DNA from: a virus
Virus genome (UHGV): UHGV-0105104
DNA: 46,666 nucleotides
Reading direction: 5' to 3' (one strand)
This document shows positions 1 through 8,782 of this stretch, piece by piece; the stretch's first letter is position 1, and every line of letters starts with the position of its first letter. The notes under the pieces were generated by a model. It did no database searches. It was not told where the DNA came from and saw only the letters and a list, made by a program, of their open reading frames with translations. The translations under genes were made by a program, and so were the position numbers.

Positions 1-517
1 CCAGCAGATAATCCGCCATGTCTGCGCGCAGGTTGAAGGTGGTGTTTTCCTGGTCATCAATCAGCGGGTCGAAACCTTCAGATTGCATACCCATCAGCTC
101 ACGCCACTCGCGGCCATAACCGGTTTTGAAGATCGGGATTACATCGCCGCTGTAGGAATAGCGGGTTTTATCCAGGTCTTCAGGCTCCTGACCGGAGATG
201 GTGCGCACAACCTTACCAGCATCGGAAGCCATGCGGCTAATCGCCACAGTCTTGCCGATGTTGATGTTGGTCGCCAGCGTCATCAGGTCGGCCATCATGT
301 CCATGCCGGACTCATTGCGGAATACGCGGGTGGTTACGTCATCCACTTCGCGCCAGTAATCTTTGGTTACCAGTGCGGTGGCATTGACGCCGTACTCTTT
401 CGCCAGTGCATTTTCACCGTTGATGAATACCTTGCGGTCAACGGTAAGGTGACGCCATTGCTCTTTCACCACCGCAGAGTTGGTGATTAAGCCTTTGGTG
501 AAGATAATCTTTTCCAT
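1..517 (-). CDS. major capsid protein, N-terminal part (172 codons + 1 nt); gene continues in frame at the right end of the window (46095..46666)
   Basis: Minus-strand ATG at 517-515 opens MEKIIFTKGLITNSAVVKEQW... with no stop before position 1. The nt at position 1 plus nt 46666-46665 form one GTC codon and the frame continues into the ORF ending at 46095. Joined product is 362 aa, typical HK97-fold MCP size. Lies downstream of the scaffold and decoration genes. Confidence 0.65.
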   Translation of the reverse strand, partial: MEKIIFTKGLITNSAVVKEQWRHLTVDRKVFINGENALAKEYGVNATALVTKDYWREVDDVTTRVFRNESGMDMMADLMTLATNINIGKTVAISRMASDAGKVVRTISGQEPEDLDKTRYSYSGDVIPIFKTGYGREWRELMGMQSEGFDPLIDDQENTTFNLRADMADYLL

Positions 518-528
518 TGTTCGGCTCC

Positions 529-996
529 TTACTCCGCAGGCATTGCAGCATTGCCAGCGCGACGAACTGCAACGAGTTCAGCGCCATCAGATGCTACGGT
601 GTAGGCTTCATACGCATAGAACAGGATTTTATCACCTGTGCCAGCCACTTTTAACGCGCCGGAGCCATCACTTGCCAGCGGAGTGCCTTTCTTCAGTTCG
701 GAAGATTTAGCAACCAGTGCGTGATAGGTGACGCCAAATTCACACTGCACAGCCATGCCAGTAGCGCCAGCGGGAACATCTTCAGATACATCACCACCAC
801 CGAGGTAGTTATGCTGGAGCACATAAGGGAAACCCTGACCACCAGCGGTAGCGTGTGCGATGATTTTGTCATCGGCAGTATCGAAGTCAACCAGTGCGCC
901 CGGCTTCAACGCTGCCTTCATGATGCCTTCACGAATCTGCGGGTCATTTTTGCGGGCCGGGCCGCCGATGATGGTGCCATAACGGATAGTAGCCAT
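529..996 (-). CDS. head decoration-like protein (lambda gpD / DUF2190-like position directly upstream of MCP)
   Basis: 155 aa ORF between the scaffold and MCP genes, 11 nt gap to the MCP start. Gly/Ala-rich small structural protein. Call based on position and size only. Confidence 0.4.
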   Translation of the reverse strand: MATIRYGTIIGGPARKNDPQIREGIMKAALKPGALVDFDTADDKIIAHATAGGQGFPYVLQHNYLGGGDVSEDVPAGATGMAVQCEFGVTYHALVAKSSELKKGTPLASDGSGALKVAGTGDKILFYAYEAYTVASDGAELVAVRRAGNAAMPAE

Positions 997-2396
997 TATT
1001 CAGGTGCCTCCATATCAAAATCTTCTTCGGCGCGGTTCGGCTGGAACCCGCCGGAAATCGGAGCCGCTTTACTGGTGAGTGCATAGGTTTCACGCAGTGC
1101 TTCGCCAGTCAGCGCATTAACAGCAGATTCCGGCAACTTCAGCTCAGCCATAATGGCGGCGCGCATTGCGGTCTCTTCTTGCGCAGCATTGGCTTGCAGC
1201 TGGTCGCGTAGGGTTTTGTTTTGCGCCTCCACATCGGCCAGTTTCTGGTTGACTGCGGTCAACGATTCCTGAACCGGTTTGAGGGCATCGGCTAATACAG
1301 CCTGTAATTCCTCGTTAGTCATTGAGATTTCCCCTTGAGTTGTTTTTACCGGTTCAAGCTCTGTCTTATAAACAGCCTTAACCCGTTCACCGACTAATTC
1401 TACCATATCCTCACGGACGATGTAGGACTGCATATAAATGGTGCCGTCAATCTCAACGCCGAAGTAATTATCATAAACGGCGACGATATAGGGCCATACA
1501 TCAGTCTGAGTCTCTGCCTTGATGATATTGCGGAGCTGCTCGGTAATATCAGTGAATGATAGCTGATTGCCAGTCAGACGATTGATGGCGCGCTGCCACC
1601 ATTTGATTTTGTTTGCACTTTCGTCTGGAATAGCCGATTCCTCAAGGTTAACCACGACGCGCTCAATGTCTTCGCCATTGGTGGCAAAAATGCCAACACC
1701 ATCTTCTGGTGTTCCAGCCCCTGGGACCCCTGGAGGAAGAATGGCGAGGTGGTCCCACTCCATATTTCGGGCAATCCAGGAATATTTTTTACCCTTAGAG
1801 GTTCCTGATGCCTGCTCGCGGTTGAGTAACAGACCGGTAGACACCTGAACAGGTTCAGCATCGGCGCTGTTAATTTTGAGGCCATCAATACGCGATAGTA
1901 ACTCCCTGCCTTTATCAGATCGCTCAGCTACCACCTTGTTAATATAAAGGTCTACCAGCGCCTTGCTGCCGTCATGAGATGAGTTCTCAATCCATGCGCC
2001 AACGCTGAACTGATTGGCGGCCCGTGTCATGTTGGCTGACACATATTTGCCGTCAATCTTCGGGTGGCCATATGGCGCCGGTTTACCATCAAGGCCATGA
2101 AATGATTTTTTAATCTCATCGCCAGGGTACAGTCCGCCATTCATGACAATGTCATCTACCACCGGCACAACATTCTTGATGACATAATGCGGGTCGCCAT
2201 CAATGATTTTTTCACTGATGTTGCTGGCTGAGTTGATGGTATACAGGATGTTAACCTGTAATTTATTATTCATGTGCTTGAATGCCTCCACCTCAGCAAG
2301 GCGCTTTTTCGCCGCCTCTTCGGTGTCGTACTCGCCAAACTGGTGCGAGCCATCCTTAGATTTAACGACCCACTTGTCGCCAATTTTGACAATCAT
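996..2396 (-). CDS. putative prohead scaffold / maturation protein with C-terminal coiled coil
   Basis: 466 aa. C-terminal 120 aa is Ala/Glu/Gln/Leu-rich coiled coil typical of scaffolds. Sits directly upstream of the decoration and MCP genes. Confidence 0.4.
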   Translation of the reverse strand: MIVKIGDKWVVKSKDGSHQFGEYDTEEAAKKRLAEVEAFKHMNNKLQVNILYTINSASNISEKIIDGDPHYVIKNVVPVVDDIVMNGGLYPGDEIKKSFHGLDGKPAPYGHPKIDGKYVSANMTRAANQFSVGAWIENSSHDGSKALVDLYINKVVAERSDKGRELLSRIDGLKINSADAEPVQVSTGLLLNREQASGTSKGKKYSWIARNMEWDHLAILPPGVPGAGTPEDGVGIFATNGEDIERVVVNLEESAIPDESANKIKWWQRAINRLTGNQLSFTDITEQLRNIIKAETQTDVWPYIVAVYDNYFGVEIDGTIYMQSYIVREDMVELVGERVKAVYKTELEPVKTTQGEISMTNEELQAVLADALKPVQESLTAVNQKLADVEAQNKTLRDQLQANAAQEETAMRAAIMAELKLPESAVNALTGEALRETYALTSKAAPISGGFQPNRAEEDFDMEAPE

Positions 2397-2411
2397 GACC
2401 TTTCTCCGCGC

Positions 2412-2534
2412 TTACTTTACGCCCGGATTATAACACACCATGAATATGCACCACGAAACGGACGCGAGAAGGTAAAGCGGAGACGCGGTAAAAGCGAAAA
2501 GAGTAGCAAAGAATGATATCAGTATGATTGGCAT
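2412..2534 (-). CDS. small hydrophobic membrane peptide (40 aa)
   Basis: ATG at 2534 preceded by AGGAGG at a 7 nt spacing. MPIILISFFATLFAFTASPLYLLASVSWCIFMVCYNPGVK. Not in the ORF track because of its size. Confidence 0.3.
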   Translation of the reverse strand: MPIILISFFATLFAFTASPLYLLASVSWCIFMVCYNPGVK

Positions 2535-2578
2535 GGCTGCTACCTCCTGAATGCAAGGTAACAGCCAATGATGAAGAT

Positions 2579-2923
2579 TTATTGAGGACTATTCTTATTT
2601 AGCATTCCGCAGTTAATTTTTGCGCGGTTTACGGCATCCATGAACTTACCGATAGGCATCGTTTTGCGGATTTCAGCCAGAATGGCGCCGTGCAACATTC
2701 TTTCTTCGCCGTAGTAGAGCTTATCAAGGCGAGTGCGAACCAGCGCGCGGGTGCGCTTCATATGGTCGCGCGCTTTCATTGCCTTCCCCTTCCATACTCT
2801 GCCCGCATCATGATTCCCGGAAAGCTGGCGCTCAATAGCCTCAATCTCAAAGGCAAGCGTCATGTCGATATCCTCCAGTTCACTGACTGTTGCTTCCATT
2901 ATTTCGCTAAGTTGTAGTTTCAT
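2579..2923 (-). CDS. hypothetical protein
   Basis: 114 aa ORF in a tightly packed minus-strand array; stop/start abuts the next gene. Confidence 0.4.
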   Translation of the reverse strand: MKLQLSEIMEATVSELEDIDMTLAFEIEAIERQLSGNHDAGRVWKGKAMKARDHMKRTRALVRTRLDKLYYGEERMLHGAILAEIRKTMPIGKFMDAVNRAKINCGMLNKNSPQ

Positions 2924-3214
2924 TTACGACTCCACATCCAAATGTTTAACTTCGCCATCTTTGTATAACCTCCAGGGGATGCAAACGATGCATCCACCAA
3001 TATTCATTTCAATGGAGTGCTCACCCTCTCTGAATGAATCTGCATGCCACTGGCTAACCGTGTCGTCATGCCATGTAATTTTAATTAATGCGCTTTTTGG
3101 TTTGCTCACATCCACTTCCTCCACTATCCACCCCATCTCTCTGCGATTATTGGCCGTGCGTTCACAGTTGGTGACAAACAGCACGGTTCCTGATTTATGC
3201 TTTACCGCCCACAT
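2924..3214 (-). CDS. hypothetical protein
   Basis: 96 aa ORF, coupled array. Confidence 0.4.
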   Translation of the reverse strand: MWAVKHKSGTVLFVTNCERTANNRREMGWIVEEVDVSKPKSALIKITWHDDTVSQWHADSFREGEHSIEMNIGGCIVCIPWRLYKDGEVKHLDVES

Positions 3215-3672
3215 GACTGGCGCGCCCCGGCAAGCAGCTTTTCAAACATCATCCTGTCACGGCTCATGCCAAACGGGATAACCTCCTGCCAGTAATACTT
3301 CCACGCTCCGCCGGGAAGCATTTCACGGTCAACCTGACCAATGCTTGCCAGATAGCGCATGCGTGCCTTGAGGATGGTGTAGTTGACGCCGATAGCCTCT
3401 GCTATCTGCTTGCTTTTGCGTCCCGGATTCGCCTCAAGATACGTCTGAATTGCCAGATCAAGCGCGGTATTATCTGGATTGAGGAAATACTTAAAGCAAC
3501 GCCTGCCATAGCTGACGCTTTCCTCCTTAATAATAAATCCCATGCTCTCCAGCTCAATCAGATAGCCTGTAACGCTGGCTCGGTTTGTCATTCCTGTCTG
3601 CTTGCGTATCATGGCATTGGTTGCGCCACCACAGCGCTCTATCACCGTGAGTATTTGCGTTTTAAAGTCCAT
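3202..3672 (-). CDS. hypothetical protein, possible helix-turn-helix DNA-binding protein
   Basis: Start taken at internal Met (MDFKTQILTV...) just after the Lar gene stop. C-terminal segment KSKQIAEAIGVNYTILKARMRYLASIG looks HTH-like. Confidence 0.3.
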   Translation of the reverse strand: MDFKTQILTVIERCGGATNAMIRKQTGMTNRASVTGYLIELESMGFIIKEESVSYGRRCFKYFLNPDNTALDLAIQTYLEANPGRKSKQIAEAIGVNYTILKARMRYLASIGQVDREMLPGGAWKYYWQEVIPFGMSRDRMMFEKLLAGARQSCGR

Positions 3673-3901
3673 GCTCACGCTCCATTGCATCTTGCTTGTA
3701 GTCGTCAGCGGTGTAGAGGTGGCCGTTGCGGGTGTTCCATCTTTCAACCATGAGTTTGGGATTTCTGAAACCATCCGTGCGGCAATAACAATCACTACAT
3801 TCAATGTATTGCCAGCCATCTTCATCAGTGGCAACACCAACGCTAATTTCATTGCAAAATGGACACTCCAGCAGCCCATTATCATTCATCATTGGTTTCA
3901 T
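3662..3901 (-). CDS. lar: Lar-family restriction-alleviation zinc-ribbon protein
   Basis: MKPMMNDNGLLECPFCNE...YIECSDCYC...ERWNTRNG: the CPFC(G/N) ... C-x2-C ... WN-R signature of the Lar family. ATGA stop/start overlap with the upstream gene. Confidence 0.55.
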   Translation of the reverse strand: MKPMMNDNGLLECPFCNEISVGVATDEDGWQYIECSDCYCRTDGFRNPKLMVERWNTRNGHLYTADDYKQDAMEREHGL

Positions 3902-4089
3902 TTCGCCACCCACTCACCAATATTGCTGAAATGCGGACGCCCTTCGCGCCATTCGATAATTTCTCGGTTAACCTGCCGCTGCATGCGGTTGCGAACTTCG
4001 CGCAATTCGCTTTCAACCAAGGCGCGAGTGCGGTCGAGTTCTTCCAGCTTGTTCAGCAATTCTTTTTCGTACACCTGATCAGTATTCAT
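3898..4089 (-). CDS. hypothetical coiled-coil protein
   Basis: 63 aa, charged helical sequence. Confidence 0.35.
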   Translation of the reverse strand: MNTDQVYEKELLNKLEELDRTRALVESELREVRNRMQRQVNREIIEWREGRPHFSNIGEWVAK

Positions 4090-4255
4090 TTTTTCTCTCC
4101 ATCAGCACTTTGTAGTGAACGCCATAATATTTGAGCACCTGACTATGGTTGTGCAGATACCCGTCATCATCTTCAATCGGTAGTCTTACCACGATGTAAA
4201 ACGCCCGGTAGAGTTCTGTCCATCCATGACAACATTTGCGCTTCCTCGGCTTCAT
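4079..4255 (-). CDS. hypothetical basic protein
   Basis: Start moved to internal ATG (MKPRKRKCCHGW...). Confidence 0.3.
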   Translation of the reverse strand: MKPRKRKCCHGWTELYRAFYIVVRLPIEDDDGYLHNHSQVLKYYGVHYKVLMERKNEY

Positions 4256-4388
4256 GGGCGGCCTCCATAGCAGCAAGGTCAATGCGCTGCTCGATAGATT
4301 TAATGATTGACTCTGGAACATTAAGCATTTGCAGAGTCTCCCGGCAATCGCGCTTATGAACCTCTGTCACCTCCTGCCACTTCTTCAT
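4173..4388 (-). CDS. hypothetical protein
   Basis: Start at MKKWQEV... with GAGGAG Shine-Dalgarno 9 nt upstream; first gene of this leftward array. Confidence 0.35.
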   Translation of the reverse strand: MKKWQEVTEVHKRDCRETLQMLNVPESIIKSIEQRIDLAAMEAAHEAEEAQMLSWMDRTLPGVLHRGKTTD

Positions 4389-4413
4389 TCCACACCACTC
4401 CTCGCAACTATGA

Positions 4414-4471
4414 TACAATCTACAACACCTAGTATTGACTAATTGACGTAGATTAGTCAAGATGATTTCAC
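4414..4471 (+). promoter_or_regulatory. promoter/operator of moron island A: extended -10 TGnTACAAT (4414-4419) and TTGACGTAGATT core (4443-4454), flanked by inverted repeats
   Basis: caATCTACaa (4416-4425) is the reverse complement of GTAGATTa (4449-4456). TTGACTAAT/ATTAGTCAA is a perfect 9 bp inverted repeat around TTGACGTAGA. Sits 20-70 nt upstream of the ATG at 4484. Confidence 0.45.
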
Positions 4472-4483
4472 AGGGGAGCGACA

Positions 4484-4684
4484 ATGGCGAGACAACGCAA
4501 AGAACCACTGGAAGTACTGACTGATATTATCGCTAAGCGCCAGCCGTTAAGCCTGCGAGATGTCAGATATTACGCGCACTGCTATGTAGCAATGCGTGAA
4601 TGGAGTGCTGAAGAAATGTATGCGTTTGTGCGTGAGCACTTCAGCGTGGATGAGAAAAACAAAGTTACGTTGAGGGTGGAGTGA
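4484..4684 (+). CDS. hypothetical protein
   Basis: 66 aa, first gene of island A; stop overlaps the next start (GTGATG). Confidence 0.4.
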   Translation: MARQRKEPLEVLTDIIAKRQPLSLRDVRYYAHCYVAMREWSAEEMYAFVREHFSVDEKNKVTLRVE

Positions 4685-5154
4685 TGAAATACAAATACCT
4701 GAAAGGAAGTGCTGATTATTTTAATGGTCATGAAGATGCCGTTCTTGCTGTGAAGTCAGCAACCAGTGGCAAAATCCACTACCTCAGCGCGGATTATGCA
4801 GGGCGAGATAAGGATATCGAAAAGGCTGGCGATATTGTTATCGCCCATCGTGAGCCAGTAACTGATGATGACTTGAATTGGCGCATCATCTCAACAGAAG
4901 CCCTCATCACCGAGCGCGGCAGCCGTTATGGCAAATTCAAAGACGGCGCAGAAATCATGCGATCTCTGAAACGAGTTATGCATGACGCGGAGGGCTGGAA
5001 TAACCTGACGGCGAGCCAGAAGGAAGCGCTCGACATGATTCAGCATAAAATTGGTCGCATCCTGAATGGCGACCCGACATACGACGATAGCTGGAAAGAC
5101 ATCGCTGGCTATGCAACATTAATTGTTAATGAACTGAATGGGGAGGTGAAGTGA
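4681..5154 (+). CDS. MazG-like nucleoside triphosphate pyrophosphohydrolase domain protein
   Basis: C-terminal half ERGSRYGKFKDGAEIMRSL...EALDMIQHKIGRIL...DSWKDIAGYATLIV matches the phage MazG-like all-alpha NTP-PPase pattern (RYG, E-x-x-D, D-SW-DIAGYA) as I recall it. Confidence 0.4.
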   Translation: MMKYKYLKGSADYFNGHEDAVLAVKSATSGKIHYLSADYAGRDKDIEKAGDIVIAHREPVTDDDLNWRIISTEALITERGSRYGKFKDGAEIMRSLKRVMHDAEGWNNLTASQKEALDMIQHKIGRILNGDPTYDDSWKDIAGYATLIVNELNGEVK

Positions 5155-5366
5155 TGCCAATACAAGACCCCGTGCCACGCATTGAAATCGACATGGTGGA
5201 GTTACACGAACCTGCCCGGCGCGATTATCATGTCCCGAGGCTTGGAGAACCAGCAGCCTACATCATCACCAGCAACCGTGGTCGCCGCTATCTGGCGTTT
5301 GCTGGTAGTGTTGAGCATCAGAATGCGACCATGTTTGGGTACAAAATGGAGGCGCTTTATGCGTGA
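5151..5366 (+). CDS. hypothetical protein
   Basis: 71 aa, ATGA overlap with the upstream gene; followed by a terminator. Confidence 0.35.
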   Translation: MMPIQDPVPRIEIDMVELHEPARRDYHVPRLGEPAAYIITSNRGRRYLAFAGSVEHQNATMFGYKMEALYA

Positions 5367-5390
5367 GATTGACCTTGGCATTTTCTAAAA

Positions 5391-5417
5391 CAAAGCCCCT
5401 TACGGGGCTTTTTTATT
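5391..5417. terminator. bidirectional rho-independent terminator
   Basis: aaagcccc-ttac-ggggcttt stem-loop followed by TTTTTATT; sits between convergent island A and the lysis cassette. Confidence 0.6.
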
Positions 5418-5658
5418 GGAAGTTATCGCGATACCAATCCTGCCAGTCGTAAATCGTCATCTTTCTTTTTGTGGCGCACTCCGTGTTCTGGTTCTCCATA
5501 ACGATACTTTCGTCGCTATTTTTTGGCGCCACTTTCGATAATTCGCACACCTGACCTAGCATCTCTGCTGACGGAGGCGTCGGCGTCGAGTGATTGTTGG
5601 CGCAACCGCTGATAGTTGTCATCAAAAACACACACATTACGATTCGGGTCGGAGACAT
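5413..5658 (-). CDS. Rz1-like outer-membrane spanin lipoprotein (o-spanin), overlapping Rz in another frame
   Basis: Lipobox TISGC after a short hydrophobic leader. Pro/Thr-rich mature region. Starts inside the Rz gene and extends past its stop. Confidence 0.5.
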   Translation of the reverse strand: MSPTRIVMCVFLMTTISGCANNHSTPTPPSAEMLGQVCELSKVAPKNSDESIVMENQNTECATKRKMTIYDWQDWYRDNFQ

Positions 5659-5896
5659 ATTTCACCACGTCGCGGTAAATGGTTTTGTATTTGGTTTCAG
5701 TCACAACGCGCACCTGCTGAGATTGCTCCGTGGACTTAGCCTGCTTGCTTTGCACCTCCTGCCTGCGCTTTTCTGCGTCACGATTAACTTTTTCGCTGTG
5801 CGCATACCATCCCTTCATGTATCCAGCGCCATAACCAGATGCAGCAATGATTACCGCGACGCCTATGGCGATTAGAATTAACTTAATTCTGGTCAT
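5516..5896 (-). CDS. Rz-like inner-membrane spanin (i-spanin)
   Basis: N-terminal TM helix (LILIAIGVAVIIAASGYGAGY) followed by a charged coiled-coil periplasmic domain. Confidence 0.55.
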   Translation of the reverse strand: MTRIKLILIAIGVAVIIAASGYGAGYMKGWYAHSEKVNRDAEKRRQEVQSKQAKSTEQSQQVRVVTETKYKTIYRDVVKYVSDPNRNVCVFDDNYQRLRQQSLDADASVSRDARSGVRIIESGAKK

Positions 5897-6116
5897 TTTT
5901 CAGCGCCTTAATCTCTTTCTTCATGCTGTGCATTTTTCCAAACAGCGAGGCAAGAAGGATGCTGTAGCTGATAGCCTTGACCGCAATGGGCGGAATGGCG
6001 GACTTGAGGTCTTCAGGCATGAAAGCCCATACGTGAACCATGGCGTCAGGCCAGAGCTGAATCAGCGAGCAGAATGACGCCCAAATGCCGATAAGCCAGT
6101 TACTGAGGCGCTTCAT
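5883..6116 (-). CDS. putative holin (two TM segments)
   Basis: 77 aa with two hydrophobic helices and a charged C-terminus; ATGA overlap with the upstream HNH gene; adjacent to endolysin and spanins. Confidence 0.4.
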   Translation of the reverse strand: MKRLSNWLIGIWASFCSLIQLWPDAMVHVWAFMPEDLKSAIPPIAVKAISYSILLASLFGKMHSMKKEIKALKNDQN

Positions 6117-6610
6117 GACGCACCCCCATGATTTGCAAATTCATTGTGCGCCTGACTCCTAAATTCATGCACGGCGGCAGCGGCGTCATTTATGTCATCA
6201 AATAACCCGATGTGCACCTGCCTGCCAAACGCGCCGCAGTAAGCCCTCCATTTTTTACACCTTTTGTTCCATGACACCCCTTTGAATCCAGAGCTATTGC
6301 TTTTGTTCATCCTGCTGTTTTGATTGTTTTGGCAAGATGACGCACTCCTTAAGTTAGTGATTCTATTGTCGTCTTTGTTTCCATTGATGTGGTCTATTTG
6401 ATTATCCGGCCACTTCCCATAAACATAGAGCCACGCCAGTCTGTGAGCATAATAGCGCCTACCAAAAACCCGTATGACTCTGTATCCGGATGGCATCAAT
6501 GAACCAGCTATATCACCAGATTTTTTGTTTGATATGTTTTTGTTGAAGTAAAAAAATCCATCAGATTCATTGTATGTGAACCTATCTCTTAAAGCGCCTT
6601 GTGTAATCAT
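6113..6610 (-). CDS. HNH / AP2-domain homing endonuclease (HNH_3 family)
   Basis: YRVIRVFGRRYYAHRLAWLYVYGKWP...IDHINGNKDDNRITNLR plus AP2-like GVSWNKRCKKWRAYC...HIGLF. Start set to MITQGAL with a GAGGTG Shine-Dalgarno (the ORF track's longer start overlaps the lysozyme gene). Confidence 0.7.
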   Translation of the reverse strand: MITQGALRDRFTYNESDGFFYFNKNISNKKSGDIAGSLMPSGYRVIRVFGRRYYAHRLAWLYVYGKWPDNQIDHINGNKDDNRITNLRSASSCQNNQNSRMNKSNSSGFKGVSWNKRCKKWRAYCGAFGRQVHIGLFDDINDAAAAVHEFRSQAHNEFANHGGAS

Positions 6611-6689
6611 CACCACCTCTTCATATGCGTTGGGAGTTGAGCGCGCGCCATGCCTCAGCGCGTCTCGTTGCCATGCCTTACGCATAAAG

Positions 6690-7124
6690 CTAAGACATGT
6701 ATACCTCACGTTCGACTGCGCGGCGCTTGGTCAGTCCGTTCATGACTTTGCCATTAGCGCGATTCCATACCCGGAACTGGTCAGCAGCGCAGGTATAGCA
6801 GCGGGCGTTATGCTTTTTCAGCAGAGTTGATTTGCCAAAGTTACCAAGGCCGATGTTATAGGCCAGCGATACCATTGCATCAAACTGGCCCTGAGTTGTT
6901 GGGGCAGTGATGAGTGACGAGACGCCGCTTTCAAATTTCGCTACGTCGTCACGCAGCATCTTTTCCGCTTGCTGTGCAGTGATAACCATGCCTGGCTTAA
7001 CGCCTTTGGTTGTACCGTAACCGATAGTCCACGGCGCTCCGCCAGTGGCTGGGTCTGGATATGCCTTCGAGCTGTAACCCTCGAATTGTTTAATTAAATC
7101 AATGCCGCGTTGCGATAGTTTCAT
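6690..7124 (-). CDS. endolysin, GH24 phage lysozyme family
   Basis: MKLSQRGIDLIKQFEGYSSKAYPDPATGGAPWTIGYGTT is a canonical T4/lambda-R-type lysozyme N-terminus with the catalytic Glu in the FEG motif. Confidence 0.8.
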   Translation of the reverse strand: MKLSQRGIDLIKQFEGYSSKAYPDPATGGAPWTIGYGTTKGVKPGMVITAQQAEKMLRDDVAKFESGVSSLITAPTTQGQFDAMVSLAYNIGLGNFGKSTLLKKHNARCYTCAADQFRVWNRANGKVMNGLTKRRAVEREVYMS

Positions 7125-7165
7125 AGCCCCTCCACTTTAATTCTGATTATTTTATCATAATCCTA

Positions 7166-7200
7166 TTGACGTAGATTGAATCGTAGGCGATGATGTAGTT
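7166..7200 (+). promoter_or_regulatory. promoter of moron island B with TTGACGTAGATTGA motif and three GTAG elements at 12 bp spacing
   Basis: ttgacGTAGattgaatcGTAGgcgatgatGTAGtt, 23 nt upstream of the ATG at 7223. Confidence 0.45.
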
Positions 7201-7222
7201 ACACAAACACAGGGGATTCAAG

Positions 7223-7513
7223 ATGAAAAAATTTATCGCAGTGGCAGTATTCGCAATGGCTTCATTTGGCGCATCGGCTGGCGAAGTATGCAACAAAGTT
7301 GGCGATGTTGGATTCGCCGCTGCCGATGCTCGTGATTCCGGCGTACCTCAGAGCATAGCAATGGCGGTAGCACAAAGTCCTGAGTACGGCGTGGATGCCA
7401 ACAACGTGCTTGGTGCAACAGTGAAGATGGCCTACTCAATGCCGAACAAGACACCAAAAGAAATCAAGGCAATCACAATTGCGCTTTGCGTATCAAGCAT
7501 GGGTGACTTGTAA
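7223..7513 (+). CDS. secreted/periplasmic protein of unknown function (signal peptide)
   Basis: MKKFIAVAVFAMASFGASA|GEV...: cleavable Sec signal peptide. Confidence 0.45.
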   Translation: MKKFIAVAVFAMASFGASAGEVCNKVGDVGFAAADARDSGVPQSIAMAVAQSPEYGVDANNVLGATVKMAYSMPNKTPKEIKAITIALCVSSMGDL

Positions 7514-7644
7514 TGTGCCCGCGCCTGATGTTTAAGGCCCGCAACCGCTACGTAAAGCTGGTGATGCGCGGCATGGATGAGCATGCAGCATGGCTGAATG
7601 TGATGGGTGAACTGAAAAGCATTTATAACGGAGAGAAGAAATGA
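7513..7644 (+). CDS. small hypothetical protein (43 aa), translationally coupled
   Basis: TAATG overlap with the upstream stop and ATGA overlap with the downstream start; MCPRLMFKARNRYVKLVMRGMDEHAAWLNVMGELKSIYNGEKK. Confidence 0.3.
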   Translation: MCPRLMFKARNRYVKLVMRGMDEHAAWLNVMGELKSIYNGEKK

Positions 7645-8573
7645 AACTGATTGATATTTTGGTTGAAGAACTTCCGAAGCATGGCGGTTGGCCGGATGGC
7701 GCTGTATTTGTTGCACAAGAAGAAGGTGGGGAGCTATGGAGTTTTACTTCTAAGCCGCAAAAAGATTGTGATGATGAATGGATGGATGAATCGCATCATG
7801 GTTATCACACGAAAGTTGGAAAACTGCGTGAAGCAAGTGACCATGATATATCGACTATCACCCGCGAACAGTACGAAGCCGCGCTGGCTGCCAGTAAGCG
7901 CTGCGATCATAAGTGGGTTCCAAGTGAGGGAAGAACACAGTCTGGTTATCTTTGCAGTAAATGTGGTAACTATGACGGCCCTGGTTATGACTGGATTGAT
8001 TGGCCTGGTGGAGAATGCCCTGTGCCGCGCGGCACGCTGGTTGATGTGAAGTATCTTTGTGGCGATGTTAACCGCCATATTAAAGCTGGCGAGCCTGACT
8101 CTTCTGGAAGCATCGATACAGCTTTCGCTGTCAGATGGAGTAAACTTGGCGCGGAATACGACATCATCGCCTACCGCCTGCACCAGCCGCAGGAAGCAGA
8201 GCAGGCCAAAGCTGATGACGAAGCCGACCTGAATGAGTGCATCGGCCAGGATGCTGCGCCGGTTTGGAATGGCGAAGGCTTGCCGCCGGTTGGGGTTGAA
8301 TGTGAATGCTCATGGTGTGGTGATGAATGGCAGCCGTGCAAAATACTCTTCGCAAGCAATCAAATTGTTGTCGTCAAGCTGAAAGAAAGCGGCATGGAGG
8401 ATGCCTACAACATTGGCGACGTAACATTCCGCCCCATCCGCTCAGAAGCCGATCGGAAGCGCGATAAGGCGGTGAAAACAATTATGTTAACAGGATGGCG
8501 CCAGAATTTCGCTGAGGAAATTTGCAACCTCGTTGCTGCCGGAAAGGTGCCTGGCATGAAGCTGGAGGATTGA
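7641..8573 (+). CDS. Cys-rich hypothetical protein (310 aa)
   Basis: Contains several CxxC pairs (CSKCG, CECSWCG); no recognisable catalytic motif. Confidence 0.4.
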   Translation: MKLIDILVEELPKHGGWPDGAVFVAQEEGGELWSFTSKPQKDCDDEWMDESHHGYHTKVGKLREASDHDISTITREQYEAALAASKRCDHKWVPSEGRTQSGYLCSKCGNYDGPGYDWIDWPGGECPVPRGTLVDVKYLCGDVNRHIKAGEPDSSGSIDTAFAVRWSKLGAEYDIIAYRLHQPQEAEQAKADDEADLNECIGQDAAPVWNGEGLPPVGVECECSWCGDEWQPCKILFASNQIVVVKLKESGMEDAYNIGDVTFRPIRSEADRKRDKAVKTIMLTGWRQNFAEEICNLVAAGKVPGMKLED

Positions 8574-8574
8574 T

Positions 8575-8769
8575 ATGTACAGAATGAGCAAGAAAAGCCT
8601 CGCCGGAAGAATTGTCTTGGCACCGCTGTTTTTAATTATTTTGGTTATTGAGTCGACACTAAATAAAGCTGATGACTGGAGCTACCATGTGAGACGAATA
8701 AGGATTAAGATGAATGACTTTGTTGATAAGAAGTTTCCATTGGCAAACAACAAGAAAACTAAGATTTAA
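8575..8769 (+). CDS. small membrane protein
   Basis: 64 aa with one hydrophobic helix (IVLAPLFLIILVI); last gene of island B. Confidence 0.3.
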   Translation: MYRMSKKSLAGRIVLAPLFLIILVIESTLNKADDWSYHVRRIRIKMNDFVDKKFPLANNKKTKI

Positions 8770-8782
8770 CAAAAGGACGCCA

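Noticed and set aside
83-490. Plus-strand ORFs overlapping the MCP and decoration genes (83..490, 480..710, 721..1086)
   Set aside because: Antisense to a clearly coding capsid region, no RBS; spurious.
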